In this document: positions 1-13,065 of the stretch, in pieces
How positions within the stretch are numbered: position 1 is the first letter of the stretch
Layout of the letters: each line of letters begins with the position of its first letter
Assembly: GCA_039545335.1 (NCBI GenBank)
Contig: BCIN01000001.1
Span: 310,001-374,000, forward strand
DNA length: 64,000 nucleotides
Origin: Kondoa subrosea
Lineage: Eukaryota
Direction: 5' to 3'
The notes under the pieces: generated by a model
What the model saw: only the letters and a program-made list of their open reading frames with translations
What the model was told of the DNA's origin: nothing
The model's database searches: none
Translations under genes and position numbers: made by a program

Positions 1-66
1 GGCTTTCCAATATACAGCTACTACTCCGTTTCTCTCTTGTTGTCATCCGCTCTCTTTTGCCTCCCA

Positions 67-547
67 ATGTCAATCACTGAAGCGCATTTGTTAGCCGAAG
101 ACCATCATGCCAAGGAAGGTGTTTTGCATCCTTACGTCCACGTCTTTGGTCAGTCTCTTCTTGACCGTATATACTATATGAAGCTTATCAGGTCGAGAGC
201 TAGATGTGATGGACGCTAAGGCATACGAAACTCGTCGACTTGAATTAGCTCATGAAGATGCTATCAACCGAGCCGTCAAACTTCATCATCTTTTTGATTT
301 AGTAAAAGATAAGACAAGTAGTAAAGAGATGGAAGATTTGCATCAGCAGGTGAAGGAAGCTTCGAAGTTGTATGCTCAATCACATCCAGGTCAGTTAGGA
401 ATTACTTCTGCTTCGAATTTCTAGCTGATCTTGAGGTCACTGATAGATCCATTGCAATCGGAAGAAGTGCTGAAAGCTTTCCATGACAAAACCCTTCAGC
501 TTCGAGAACAAAGCAAAGGAGGCGAAGAGGGACAAATTGGTACATGA
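67..547 (+). CDS. Small hypothetical protein, 3 exons (~125 aa)
   Basis: ATG at 67. GTCAGT donors near 150 and 390 with AG acceptors join MSITEAHLL..VHVFG / RELDVMDAKAYETRR..SHP / DPLQSEEVLK..GQIGT* in frame. No recognised domain. Confidence 0.55.
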
Positions 548-944
548 AGAAAGGGACACGGAGTACTACGCGTTGCATTGGATGAATTACAGATCTCAAG
601 CGGCAAGACGTGGATGGGATTGATAAGCCATGCAATGCAATGCTACATTCATGCGGTTCCAGCGTTTTACCTTTAAACGCCAATGAGATGGCAACAGTCC
701 GCCTGCAGTATTGAGCGCGTCTGTACAAGTTTCACTTCCTGCAGAGCGAAGTGGACAGAGAATCCAAACAAATGACGGAATCCCGTCTTCGCGCTGACTC
801 GGTAAAAATTTCTTTATCTCCCTTTGCTTGGTACTGCCTTATTGTTTCTTCTCGCTCCTTTTCTTAGACTCCTTGTGCGATCTTCCTGTACACTCTCTGT
901 TCCGTTTCTCTTGTGCTTCTTTATACATTCGATAAGAAGAAATC

Positions 945-2425
945 ATGAAGGGAGATCAGTTTGCAATAGACGAAGCAGCGCTCAAGATTACTCTGCATGA
1001 GAATCCACCTGCGCCATTGAAAATCGCTCAGCCGTATGTCGCTAGAGATTTTGCAGGAGGAAACAGGAGAGCTTACCTTGACTCACTTCAAGTGGACTGA
1101 AGACTTTCACTCCTCATATGCTTCGACTCGATTGGGATTCAATCACTGGTTGGTCTGCTCCGTATATAGAAGCACGACAGAAGATCGCTCTCGATCCTGC
1201 TGCTTCAGTTTTCCACTATGGTTCCAGTTGCTTCGAGGGAATGAAAGCGTACAAAGGAGCAGATGGTAGAACGCGTCTCTTTCGACCTAAAGACAATATG
1301 ACTCGCTTCAATCGCTCTTGCGCACGGCTCTGTCTACCTTCTTTCGATTCCGATGTACTTGTGCGCCTTATTGCAAAGTTGGTAGCGATTGAAGCTACTT
1401 GGATCCCTTCGGAGTTAGTCCTTTGCGCTTGAGATGAGACATTTTTGACCTGGCATGATGAGTAGTTACGGAACTTCCCTCTATATTCGACCCACTATGA
1501 TCGGTACTGGCGACTCTTTAGGTATTCACAAAGCAACGGGAGCAACACTCTTCGTCATCTGCGCACCTATGTTCTCCTACTTCGCCAAGAACACAAACCC
1601 AGCACCAGAAATGAACTCTCTGCAAGAACAAGATCCTGACCCAGAATGGCCTGCTATGCCGATTGGTCTTCATGCATCGATGGCAGCTGTCAGATCCTGG
1701 CCTGGCGGAGTTGGTTCATACAAGCTCGGGGGGAATTATGGCCCGACACTCAAACATATTGCACAGTACGCAAATCCGTATTCTTGATTTGCCAAGCTCA
1801 TTGCTGGCTTAGTGTTGCGAAAGATGGTTATGCGCATAATCTGTGGCTTTTCGAAGAGGGCCAGTTGACAGAGTGCGGAGGTGAATTGATATTCTGGTGA
1901 AGTGAGACACGCATTGACAGCATCTTATAGGCATGAATCTATTCGTTCTCTTCAAACGAGGCGAAACTTATGAACTAGCAACACCTTCGCTGGACGATGG
2001 TCTTATCCTACCTGGTATCACTCGCATGTCCGTCTTGGCTTTGGCTCGTCAACATGCTGCTGCACCTCGGGATTCGGATCTGGATCTGCCAAGCAAGCTC
2101 GTTGTCAACGAACGCAAGATTTTGTTGGCGGAAGTCGTGGATGCTGCAAAGGAAGGAACCTTGATAGAGATGTTCGGTACTGGAACAGCAGGTTTGTCCT
2201 CACATGTGTACAGGTGATTTGTAGCTGAACTTCAGAACAGTCGTTATCCAGCCCATCAACCGACTTGGCGTATCTACCGATTGTCATCTCAGCGAAGAAG
2301 ATTTCGATATCAATGTACCATGCGAGCTAGTGAAGGGTGGAAGAGCATCAAGATCCTTCTTTCACGGCATCTACAAGCGTCAAACTGGCGCGATCCCTTC
2401 AGAATGGTCATACCTGGTCGATTGA
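945..2425 (+). CDS. BAT1: Branched-chain amino acid aminotransferase (class IV PLP enzyme), multi-exon
   Basis: Motifs FHYGSSCFEGMKAY, LYIRPTMIG, YKLGGNY (catalytic Lys), MNLF, ILPGITRMS, EMFGTGTA across ORF fragments 1118-2217. Confidence 0.93.
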
Positions 2426-2839
2426 ATACTCGTTGACAATTTCTCGAAATGGACAATATAGATTTCACGGACTGTATTTGTGTCGAGGAGCATCAAATTA
2501 GAGCATTGAATAGACTTGTATAGGCACCATGTAATAATTCACAAATCGTTCAGTTTTTGCAAAAATCATGTTCGCATCTATTCTTCAGTTCCTTCTTTTC
2601 TGCATTCTTGCGTGAGATGATATTATCCGTTATCCTTTGTTTCTTGTCAGCTTTTGTGCTGCTGATAGGCCTGTGCGTCCAATCGAACCATGCTTCGCAT
2701 AGAGTTGTTTAGAAGGCTTGGTAACGCTTGCACTCTCCTTTTCTCGCTCTCGTTTTCTTGTCCGCAAACGCTGTCCCCATCGTTACATATCCGTACTCGC
2801 TTTCCAGCGCTCCATTCCACTCTTTTGCACACATACACA

Positions 2840-4527
2840 ATGTTTTCTACAAGTCGTTTACTTCTAGTGCTGTCTTTCTGCTCTGTCATCCTTGCTCAAG
2901 ATGGAAAATACGACACTTCTCACGGTAAAGGCGTAGGTTGTGCATACCCCTTTGAGGACTCAGATCTCATTGAGTGGTCTAGAATCTGAATAATGTGAAA
3001 GTCGCGAGGTGAGACTATAGATGGTTCCTTCTTACTTGTTTCCTGACTGTATTGCAAATACAGCACGGTCGAAGATGCCATGACCAATCTACCCGACGGG
3101 TCCTACACCTTCCAGAATGTCGCTACGGGTCAATACTTGCATTACAATCACGATAACGGTCAAGCAATCTTTCCTGTCGCTGATGTTTCTCAAGCTGCTA
3201 AGCTCCAGCTTACAAACATGAATAATGATGGCAGTCGGATTGCCAGTGCGGGATCATGCATCGAGATTTAAATTGTATTGCTAACTTTTCCGAACAGCTA
3301 GCGATGACTATGGTCGAATCAACTGTTTGAGGTCAGCAGACGACTCTGGTAGCAATTGGGTTAGCTCACTAACTCTATGAATCTAGTCAGCAATGGTGGT
3401 ACGCTGGCGGTCAGCGGTATGCACTTGACCTGCTGCATGAGCTGATGTCCGTACAGACCAAACAAACACTGGTAAATCTGTCGTCGGTCAGTAAAGCACT
3501 CGTTATAATTATCAAAACTGACAGAGCATCATAGGCGGCAACTGGCTTGCTGCTCTGTACAAATGTGCTATTGGTCCGGATGCTATTGATGGCTCCACAG
3601 TCGAGCCAGCGAAGCAAGTCAGTGCTTCTTCAAATCTCAGCTGTACAACAGACTCAATTTGGCTCAGGTTTTCGCTTTCGTCCCTGTCCGAAAAGAGGCT
3701 GCAGTCGCTGTTAGCAAAGGTGTAGAAGAAGCTTCCGGTTCAGAAGTACGCTTCATCTCTTGAAAGGTAGTCCGTTTATCTGACGAAAATGTTCTAGCTC
3801 AGCATCGCTCGAGTGGTCTTGAAGGAAATCGGAATTGATGTTTCAGCTAAGGTGGAAGAGGAACCAAAGAAAGAGGTCAAGGTTGAGGCTAAAGTTAAAG
3901 CACCCAAGAAAGAAGAACCTGAGTTGAAACAGGCAGCTGCGAAGGCACCTGCTCCTGCACCGGAACCAAAGAAGGAAGGACAACCTCGAGCAGATGCTCC
4001 TACGCCTGCTCGCAAATGCCTTCCTCGTCGGTCAACCGATCTAAGGAAGCGGAGTGATAGCGCCTTCGAGAAGTATATGGTCGCCGTGGCTACAAGAGCT
4101 GCTGAGCGATTGACGAAACGTCAAGAACCAGTCACTTATATTCCAAACGGTGAACAAATTTGAGCAAATCGATAGAAGCGCACTGAACGTATGGCTTTCT
4201 ACTACAGAATACTTCATCGTTGGTCGGGATCATTTATACGACATGCAAACTCGAGCTCGTGAGTCTTCGAATCCTTAATCAGTACAATGCTGACATGTCA
4301 TAAATTTCTGTCGCTAGTTTCTGGTCTAAGAGATCAACAGACTGACACTGAGACATGGAGCACTCGCCTTGAAGTATTCGACAAGGTCAGTCTTTATTCA
4401 ATACTTCTCTGCTTGTAGATGCTGACCATGTGAATCCAGTCATCACTTCAACGATGGATGTGAGTTTCGCCCTGTCCCTTTCGGGCACTTCTGATGATCT
4501 TTGACTAGCGTAACCAAAGTTGATTAG
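2840..4527 (+). CDS. Secreted protein with ricin-B/beta-trefoil-like lectin segments and a K/E/P/A-rich insert, many small exons
   Basis: Signal peptide MFSTSRLLLVLSFCSVILA; LPDGSYTFQNVATGQYL start typical of fungal ricin-B-like lectins; terminal SSLQRWIVTKVD* (QxW). Confidence 0.6.
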
Positions 4528-4729
4528 ATAGGTAGATAATGGAGGAGGTCAACAATACTCAGATCCAGGCGATCATTCTGTACAATTGCCATATCACAAT
4601 AGTAGCAAGTCGATTAGGATATCATTTTATTCCATAGTACATATGCAGTGTATTTTCCCTTTCTCTCTCTGGTCTTCCGAAACCCGTATATCGACATTTG
4701 CCCTTCTCCCCTTTTTCGCTCGACTCAAT

Positions 4730-5927
4730 CTAAGAAGCTGGATGATCTGCATCAAAGATTGGTCGATCTGCTTTAGGTGATGGACTAGAAGCAGCAGCAG
4801 GAATTTCTTCAGGCTGTAAGATCGCCTTCATTATGAAGCTTCCAAGCAAGCTTACAAAGAAAGGCGACTTACGACAAATGAGCTTTCAGGTAAATGACTT
4901 TCATCAACCTGTTCCGCATTCTCCACCACAGTATACAGAGCACTTGCGGCCTCCGGTGCAGGAATTTGACCAGAAAGTAAAGCAGCGGCTGGAATTCGTT
5001 GACCATAGAAAGCAGCATTAGTGTCTTTCTGTATGTGTCACATTACTTCTTAGCAAGCGTAAAATTGCAGAAGAAGGCACTGGGCCTACCCTTTCTATCA
5101 AAGCTGTCCCTTCCAGCGACACGCCTGCATAGAGACCTTTTGACTTGGAGTCTGTCATTCGATTGTCAGCAAGATAGAGGAAAGCCGCAGGAAGCCACTT
5201 GACTGACAAGTGAATAGCGGAGTAGGTTCTCCTTTAGCTAGTACAGCATCTATACTTCCACCAGTGCCGACCTTTCCATAAAAGATTCAGATCTAGATTG
5301 GAGGAATGCAAATGTGAAGAAACGTACTGGTCCAGCTGAGGCGCCTAAGGAGCCTCCAATGGTAAGGTTTCCACCTTGAGCGAAAGCCCTTACAGCATCA
5401 TCGCTGTTCTACTCAAGAATCAGCCTACTTCAGCCGCAAGCGAGACATGGAGCGCACCAGTACAACAACGAAATCACTGATATCTGCGCCTACTTGAAAG
5501 CCGACACCAACACCACCAGTAAAGATACACGAAGGAGCACTCCAACTTCCGTCTGCTGTTCGGGCTATGATCAATCCACTTCCTGCTTTGCCCTATATTT
5601 TCTCGGTTATGCTTGTATCGCGTGATGCATTGAAAGGTAACACACCGACCAAACGAAGCCTGCCTTAACAATAGTGAAGACTGCTAAACCTCTAGCTTTC
5701 CTCAACACAGCTTTAGGTATAGAATTCAATGCGGAAGAAGGATGAGCAGGATCAGCTAAGAAAGAAGCTAAAGTTTTTGCTGCTCGAGTACATTCTTTCT
5801 CCAAAGTGAAGCCGCCTTGCAATTGCTTGAAACCATCTTCGGATTGAGCAGTGACGACTGTCGCAATGGTTGCTGCTTCTCTTTGCACATCTTTGGCTAT
5901 AGCTTGGAATTTCTTGAACAGGCTCAT
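4730..5927 (-). CDS. SYLF/Ysc84 (DUF500) actin- and lipid-binding domain protein, no SH3 seen
   Basis: ECTRAAKTLASF..IPKAVLRKARGLAVFTIVKAGFVWS, then GSGLIIARTADGSWSAPS, GVGFQVGADISDFVVVL, GLYAGVSLEG. Last exon ends ..DADHPAS*. Confidence 0.88.
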
Positions 5928-6165
5928 GATAGTAGACTTAAGGGTATAGCAATGCCTTGCTTGGGGTTATTCGCCAAGTTCGTGGTCTGGGTCAAGAGAC
6001 AATCAGCTCGTTGTTCTTGAGCGCCATGAAGGCAACATTGTGGCAGCGTGAATTTGTCGTACTCTGGGTGTCGAAGCAGAGGCGTACGCCTCATATACGT
6101 GCCAATGAATGCCCAAGAAACTGGAAATGGTCTGCCTCGACCGATAACGTCCAACTCGACTCAGA

Positions 6166-7885
6166 ATGAAAGTCTCTGCCAAGATTGCTGCTCTCAAAGC
6201 AGAAATAGCCAAATTAGAAGCTCTAGAGCAAGAGGAATTGGACGAATCTAGCAATGCGGATGATTCGCTTACGTTACCTGAATTTCGGCGGTATGGCAGA
6301 CAAATGATCTTGGAAGGCTTTGGATTACCTGGTCAGTATTCTTACATGGATTCAATGAATTACAATGCTCAGAAGGGAATGCAGGTCAGCTCAAGTTGAA
6401 GAAAGCCAAAGTTCTTGTCGTTGGAGCTGGAGGTTTAGGTTGTCCTGTTCTGCAATACTTGGCAGGTGCAGGAGTAGGTGAGCATTGGTTGAAGATGGCC
6501 TATGGCCTTTGTTTTGACCACTTGGCTCACAGGATCCATCGATATCATTGATCATGACACGGTCGAACTCTCCAATTTACACCGTCAGATCCTGCATACA
6601 GAAGACAGGATAGGTCTTCCTAAAGCTCTCTCTGCAAAGATGTACATTCACGAGTTCGCTTTATCCTTCTTTCAATTCTCCTTCCATCTCATTCCATATT
6701 TTGCAGACGAAATCCTTCAATTCATGTTCAAACACATTTATCACCTCTCACTCCATCCTTCATCACTTCAGCAGAATTGAATTTCCCTTCGTTCGATTTA
6801 ATACTAGATTGTACCGATAATGCCCAGACTCGCTATCTACTCAACGATGCTTGTGTAAAGTACAACAAAGTCCTTTTATCGGGTGCAGCAATTCGAATGG
6901 ATGGACAAGTAGTTTTCTGGAACTTACCTTCTCTGCAAGCGGGAGAAGAAGAGGAAGAGAAAGAGGAAAGTAAAAGTAGTAGAGGACCTTGTTATAGATG
7001 TGTTTTCCCGGAAACGATTCATACGATGAGGGATAGTCAGAATTGTGAAGATGAAGGAGTTTTAGGTAGTGTGACTGGTGTGATTGGGACTTTGATGGTT
7101 TCGGAAGCAATCAAGTTTTTGATCGGTTTACATGGTTAGCAATTTCTTTCTTCCATTTTGATCTCGAGAAGCAGACTTACTGATTGTTTTTAATTTCCAG
7201 ACGGTCAACCTGCTCTTACTATCTATTCAGCTCTGTCAAACCCTGCTTTCCGAACCATGAAAATACGAGGCAAGAAACAAGCTTGTCCAGCTTGCAGCGG
7301 AGAAGGAGCGAAAGCTCTACTGGACAAACAGCTAGCTTTAGAAGAAGACGGGAAATGGTCTTTCGGAAGTTGTGGCTTAGGTGAAGGCGTTCCAGAAGGT
7401 GAAGAGAGAATCAACGCTTCCGTGATTTCGGTTTCAACGTGCATCATGATGTAAGCTGATATATGCCTCTATAGACGCTGGCGGATCTTTTGAGGAGTAA
7501 ACCTGATATGCGGATATTGGACGTCAGATCGAAACCTGAATATAGTATTTGTTCCCTGTCCAACAGTAGTAGTAAGTCTGTCTGTCCTCCTTGGCTGTAC
7601 TCCTGATACTGATATTCGACCAGACATACCGATAACGCAGCTTCTGCGAGATCCCAAAGGCAACCTAGCCGATTCTGGTTCGTCATATCTTAGAGCAGAT
7701 TGTCATCTTACTGATACTGTCTTTCAGCACTGAGTTCCGACCCTGTGTATGTCGTTTGTCGAAGAGGAAACGATTCTTTAGCAGCCGCCAGAGCGCTCAA
7801 TGCAGCGAGTATACCAGCAAAAGACCTAGTAGGAGGGCTGAGGAGCTGGTCGACGACTGTCGATACTTCATTCCCAATCTATTAG
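6166..7885 (+). CDS. UBA4: Urm1/molybdopterin-synthase activating enzyme (ThiF/MoeB adenylyltransferase plus rhodanese)
   Basis: [53 protein letters not shown], CxxC (CPAC), rhodanese CRRGNDS; ends DTSFPIY*. Confidence 0.93.
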
Positions 7886-7995
7886 AAATTCTACAATTAC
7901 CCTTCATATATACACATATGCACATTACGATTACAAATGACAATAACACATCTAGTGGGTTAGTACAATATTGTCCATGATGTTACAGTAACGAC

Positions 7996-9711
7996 TTATG
8001 TATGAGGAAGTTTGCAAGGCAGACTTGCGACGATTGCTTTCCGGCCTTCGATCTTGATGGGCTTGATACTCAAACGAGAAGACTTTCGTTCGATTTCGTA
8101 CGAAGCGCGAGGGTTGACGACGAGCGCAGATAGTTCTTGACCATAGACGGCACCTGTTACCAGATCAGCTTTACTGGTAAGAGCCTGGCAGAATGACCGA
8201 CCTGAATCGAGACCGAAAGTATGCTTCTTGATCTTGAGACCTTGCGCTTTCCAGTGACCATATCTGTGGTTTATCAGGATTATCCTACCGGAAACGAAAC
8301 GCATACTCACATCACGTTCAGCTTTCGACATTCCTTCCTTTGCATGCTGAAATTCTGCGAGTCTTCACCCACATCTGACATCTGAATATCGTCTTGATCA
8401 TCTCCTTCTTCCTGGGCCTCGTCAAGATCCATGTCTTCATCATCATCATCATCTTGTTCTATTCCGTTCCATTCTTCTTCCTCAACATACTGCCTCTTCT
8501 CTTCATCTACACTCAATCCGAACTGATCTCGCGTATCATTGGAGACATCACAAGTCTTCATCGCTCTGTTCCAGATCTTCCACCATGATTTACCCTTGTT
8601 CCCATCTTTGTTCGGTTTGCCTCCTTTTTTCACTCCACGCATCTCAATCAATGCTGTTGATACTCTGATATTAGCATATATTCTCATCATATAAGAATGG
8701 AAATTACTGTATGGATTTCTGTTCTGGTTGACAAGAAGGATAGAATGTTCGAGCGATTTCAATAAATAATCTGAAGTTCTTTTATCGACCGGAGTGAATT
8801 TTTCAGGATTTGCACTGCTTAAAAGACTAGGCGGCGGAGGTACTTCTTCTTTCACTTTCTCTGCTGCAAGTGAAGTGTTTGTTGATGACAGATCGGAAGA
8901 TCCAGAATTAGGAATAGACCAAGGTAATAATCCAGCATGAACGATATAAGTATGTAGTGCTCTTATATGTATCGTCAGTGGTAGATTAGCCAACCATTTG
9001 AAATCGCTTTCAGACATTCGTTGAGCTAGTTTGAAATGTTCGGAATTGTATTCCCAATCTTTTGGGTATGATGCCCAATGTTTCAATATAGCTGGATCTT
9101 GTCTGAGATCGGTTGAATAAGTAGAAAAATGTTTATGAGAATCGAGGTAAGTTCGCCAACTGATGACTTTCTGATCGTGGTTTCCTCTTACGGCTACTGA
9201 TTTGAGTGAACGGATATAAGAGACAGTATCGAGGGAAGCTTGAAGTGAAGGATGTTTAGCAACTAGATCCCCAACAAAGACCAGCGAGTCTTGTCCATCT
9301 ACATAATGTAGCTCCTGGAGTAATTCTCTGTCAATTGAAAATTAGCTATAGAGTCGTTACGACGGCATTCATAGCTCACTTCAGTGATTCATGCATTCCA
9401 TGAACATCGCCAATCACTATCAATCTACCTCCTAGAGATTTCCGATCGTCCCAAGTATTTAAATCCCCATGCCATTTAAAGGAATCATAATCCGGTCTCG
9501 CTTTCTTCTGCTTGTGCTGACCCATTAAGACTTCCTCTGAAGTTCTGAACCAATTAGAGACAGTAGCAGCGCGTGCAGTTGAAGTGGAATGAGTTGATAA
9601 ATAAGTTACGATGACAAAGAAAAACAAGGCCAGCGCAAGAAAGAAGGGCTTTCGTTCTCGAGCCTGCTGGGTGTGCAGGAAAGGTCGCTGCTCTTCTAAT
9701 GATCGACCCAT
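7996..9711 (-). CDS. Calcineurin-like metallophosphoesterase with N-terminal TM anchor, PPN2/ApaH-like (vacuolar endopolyphosphatase-like)
   Basis: Motifs IGDVHG, GDLVAK, RGNHD, IVHAG, YGHW, GLDSG/AVYG; hydrophobic FFLALALFFFVIVTYL near the N-terminus. Confidence 0.85.
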
Positions 9712-10633
9712 GCCTTGCAAGATGACGGCTGAGGAGAAAAGGGAGATTTTAAGATTATTGCACGCACGTTCTTTGTGAACAATGACTTTGTACTTATACC
9801 CTCTCTGTGCTGCTATGTTTCTGCTGTATATGTCCTGATGATATGCGGCCACTGAGAATGCCTTGAGCGATGTCTGCCCTCGCGAAATAATCTTCTAACC
9901 TTCGTTTCAAACGCTGCTCGCCTGTTCTTGGCTTGTCCTGCCTTACTTGCTTCTCTCTGCATGTCTTGCGAATCATCGGGTAATCAGTGAGCTGTCCTGC
10001 GTGTTCATCCCAAGTGAATACAATGATTCGAAGGCATTTTAATACTCTCAGCCTGAGAATCTATGGATTCTTGCTGCTAAATTCCTGTTCGTGATTGCCT
10101 GTCCGCTCGATCTCAAAAGGTTTCTCAATCGTTGGAGTTGCTTTGCTAGGCACTAAGCTGCCAATCAATCACACAATGTATCCATAAAGTAGGACAAGTC
10201 GTGCAATTCGTGATTGTACAATGGGACCTTGATTCAATGCATGTTTCCTCTTTTTCTCTCAAGAATAAGCTTCGCCGGTGATGTTCAAATCCTTTGGGCT
10301 ACTGTGCGGACAGAGACCTGATTGCTGTAGCATTCTTCCCGTGCCATTTTGATGAGCTTGACGCAAAGGGATATGTTGGCTGCTCACAAGGTTTGATCGA
10401 CACTAGGTATTAAAAGCAGATGTCGCAGATGTAACTTGAAAAAGAGAGAGAGGTTTCACGCGTCTTCCTGGTCAAAGATACTATTCGCAGGATATACAGC
10501 ATAGATCAGAGCAGAACGCATTCCTGAATCTGCACAAAATACCTTCCAATCTTGACACGCGATTTTGATTGTTTTGATTTTTTGGCGCTTCGACTCTTGT
10601 AGTTCTGCATCAACCACACTCCTTATAACAAAG

Positions 10634-12866
10634 ATGCCAACTCTAAGCGTAGTTATCGACAATGACTTAAGCAATCACAACAAAGACGCTGTCCGCACAC
10701 AGCACAAAATCGCAAAACACAAGTATGTGCTTCTACCCCTTATTTGGAACGCGCTCTTTGACACTCTGCAGTCTTTTTTCCGTCGTCGCTCTAGACACCT
10801 CATCATCTAATATATTCACTTTCAGCGGAATCTCACCCAGACAGCGCATATTGAAAATCAGCTCGACTTCCATCGAAGCACCATCCAAGGAATCCGATTT
10901 CCAATTCATCAGACAACAACGCTTCAAACCAGATCAAGAGATTGATTACACTTATATTTACAAGACTCCTTCCGATGAAGAAGAAAGGATTACTAATCTC
11001 AGGTTTGAATGGTTTTATGAAATTGTTGAAGAAGGGGAAGAAGATTTATTGGTCTTCCCTACTGAATGGGCTCATACTCAACTCTTCCATGCCTTTTACT
11101 TCGATTGTGAGTGGTCGACGTCAAACAAGCTCGTTGGCCATAGAAACTGAGCGAATCTGTCCAACAGCCGCATTGTTGGCTGAACCATCAGAAGATACTT
11201 TGGACGAATGGGAAGGTCTCGAATATGTGGCCAATGCGGAATTGGGTCAATTGATGAGCAACGCTAAACTCTTTCCTACTTTACATAATGAAAAGGAGGC
11301 CGCTAAAGAACTCAAAGCTGGTATGGCTTCTTACGTTCTTTACTTGTGTTCTTGCTAATCTGGTTACGAGTGTAGCCATCGCTTCTTCTTTCTCCCATAC
11401 TTCACCGGATCAAGATGATTCAGGTTTCATCGATTCACACTCTTTATCAACCAAATCCAAATCTATCCCTTCTTCTTCCTCCTCATCATCAGCACCTGTT
11501 CTTTTCCCTAACGTCACCTCAGCATCTCATTCACCTAATCACAAGAACAACAAACAAGAGAAATTACCTGAACCAAGTGGGAAGGATGGGAAAGTCTTCT
11601 TGAACTCTTGCACCCAAAGTAAGAAGCAGAAAAGAATGAAGAACGCTTTTGTAATGAAGTTGGTTAATCCTAAGAAGAAGAAACCGGTTACAAAAGAAGA
11701 TGAAATCAAGCTATGTGTAAGTTGCGGATTTTGCTGACACCCTGTTGGAGATAGGCTAAAGCTGAGATGCTTTAGGACTGTGGTTGTGGTCAGCCTGCTG
11801 GAAAAGACGCTTCTGTGCATTCTTCCGAGGAAGAAGATCAATCGGAAGAAAGCGAGGAAGACGACAATAACGAAGATGAAGAAGATGAAGATGAAACAGA
11901 GGAATCGTCGTCTGAGAAGTCTGTAGTACAAGATCAACCTGTTGGACGATGTCCATGTGGTTGCGGTGACCGGGTTGCACAGGCAAAAGAGCAGAGTACT
12001 TCTACCTCTGAGAAATCTTCTTCTTCCCATCATTCCTCTTCTGAACAATCTGAAGAATCTGATCCAGCAGCAACGCAAGTATGTGCGGATGTCAAAACGG
12101 AGAAGGCTCCATTTCATTCGGAAGCAACCACTTTGAAAGCCGCTCCTTTGAAAACGAACAATTTACTGCAAGCCAGAGTTGAGAAGGAGAAACTGGTTAA
12201 GGCTCCTATTCCTACATCTCATCAACCTTCAGGCGTCAGTTGGAGGATAGATGAAGATGAAGCTGATCAACAGACTTATGCGATTCAACATGCTTACCTT
12301 TCTGAACGAGTTTCGATTTTGAAACAGCAAGCCAAAGAATGGATCGAGAATTTCACTACCATCCATGAGAACTCGCAGGTATTGATGAAAAGCGCCAACA
12401 TGGCAGAATTGGCATTGCTCGATTACGAGAAAGAACACTCTTTAGGTCTCATCAGGAAAGACAATAAGAGAAAAGCTCAAGCTGATGAAGGAGAGGTGGT
12501 GGAGGGTGCTTCTGCACCTAAACGAGCAAAAGTCGCTGTCAAGGATTTAGGTCTTACACCCTTTATGTGTCGATTGAGTAAGTCTCGTTCAATCTTGCTA
12601 CCTAGATTGTAATTGAAGTGCTATTTTGTAACAGTCGAAAAGCATCCTGCTTACGGTCGTCAGCTTTTCGCGGTGAAGAATACGTTGGACCGTAAAGTAG
12701 ATTCTCAGCCATTTGCTTTTCTGTTCGATGGCTCACGCCTGCTTCTTAGAATTATGGAATGAACACTCTTTTGAATTGCTCGGACGCGATGACCGTCAAG
12801 ATCAAGTGTGAAACCTCAGCTGAAGTTGCTGCTTTGGTGCGTGGAGCTATAGTAAACGGACTTTAG
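10634..12866 (+). CDS. Hypothetical multi-exon protein with acidic low-complexity centre and two CxCGCG motifs
   Basis: Long ORF pieces 10725-11150, 11288-11737 and 11815-12612 joined by GT-AG introns. Exact exon boundaries and the stop are uncertain. Confidence 0.6.
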
Positions 12867-13065
12867 TCATACGGAGCTGGACTTTTGCTTTGCTTTCTTC
12901 TATGTATTTTGATATTGTACTGGGTTCATACTGCTTGCGATTGATTTGGATTTGGGTTTTAGCGCGATGAACATGCTTTGCTACCTTTGGTGATTACATG
13001 CAATAAGAAAGACAACAACATGCTAATAAAATCTCTGCTCAATACACCGTACATCTGTTCAGCTT

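Noticed and set aside
12634..12700. SET-like remnant (HPAYGRQLFAVKN) in the hypothetical gene
   Set aside because: Only a short resemblance; no downstream NH or ELxxxY motifs.
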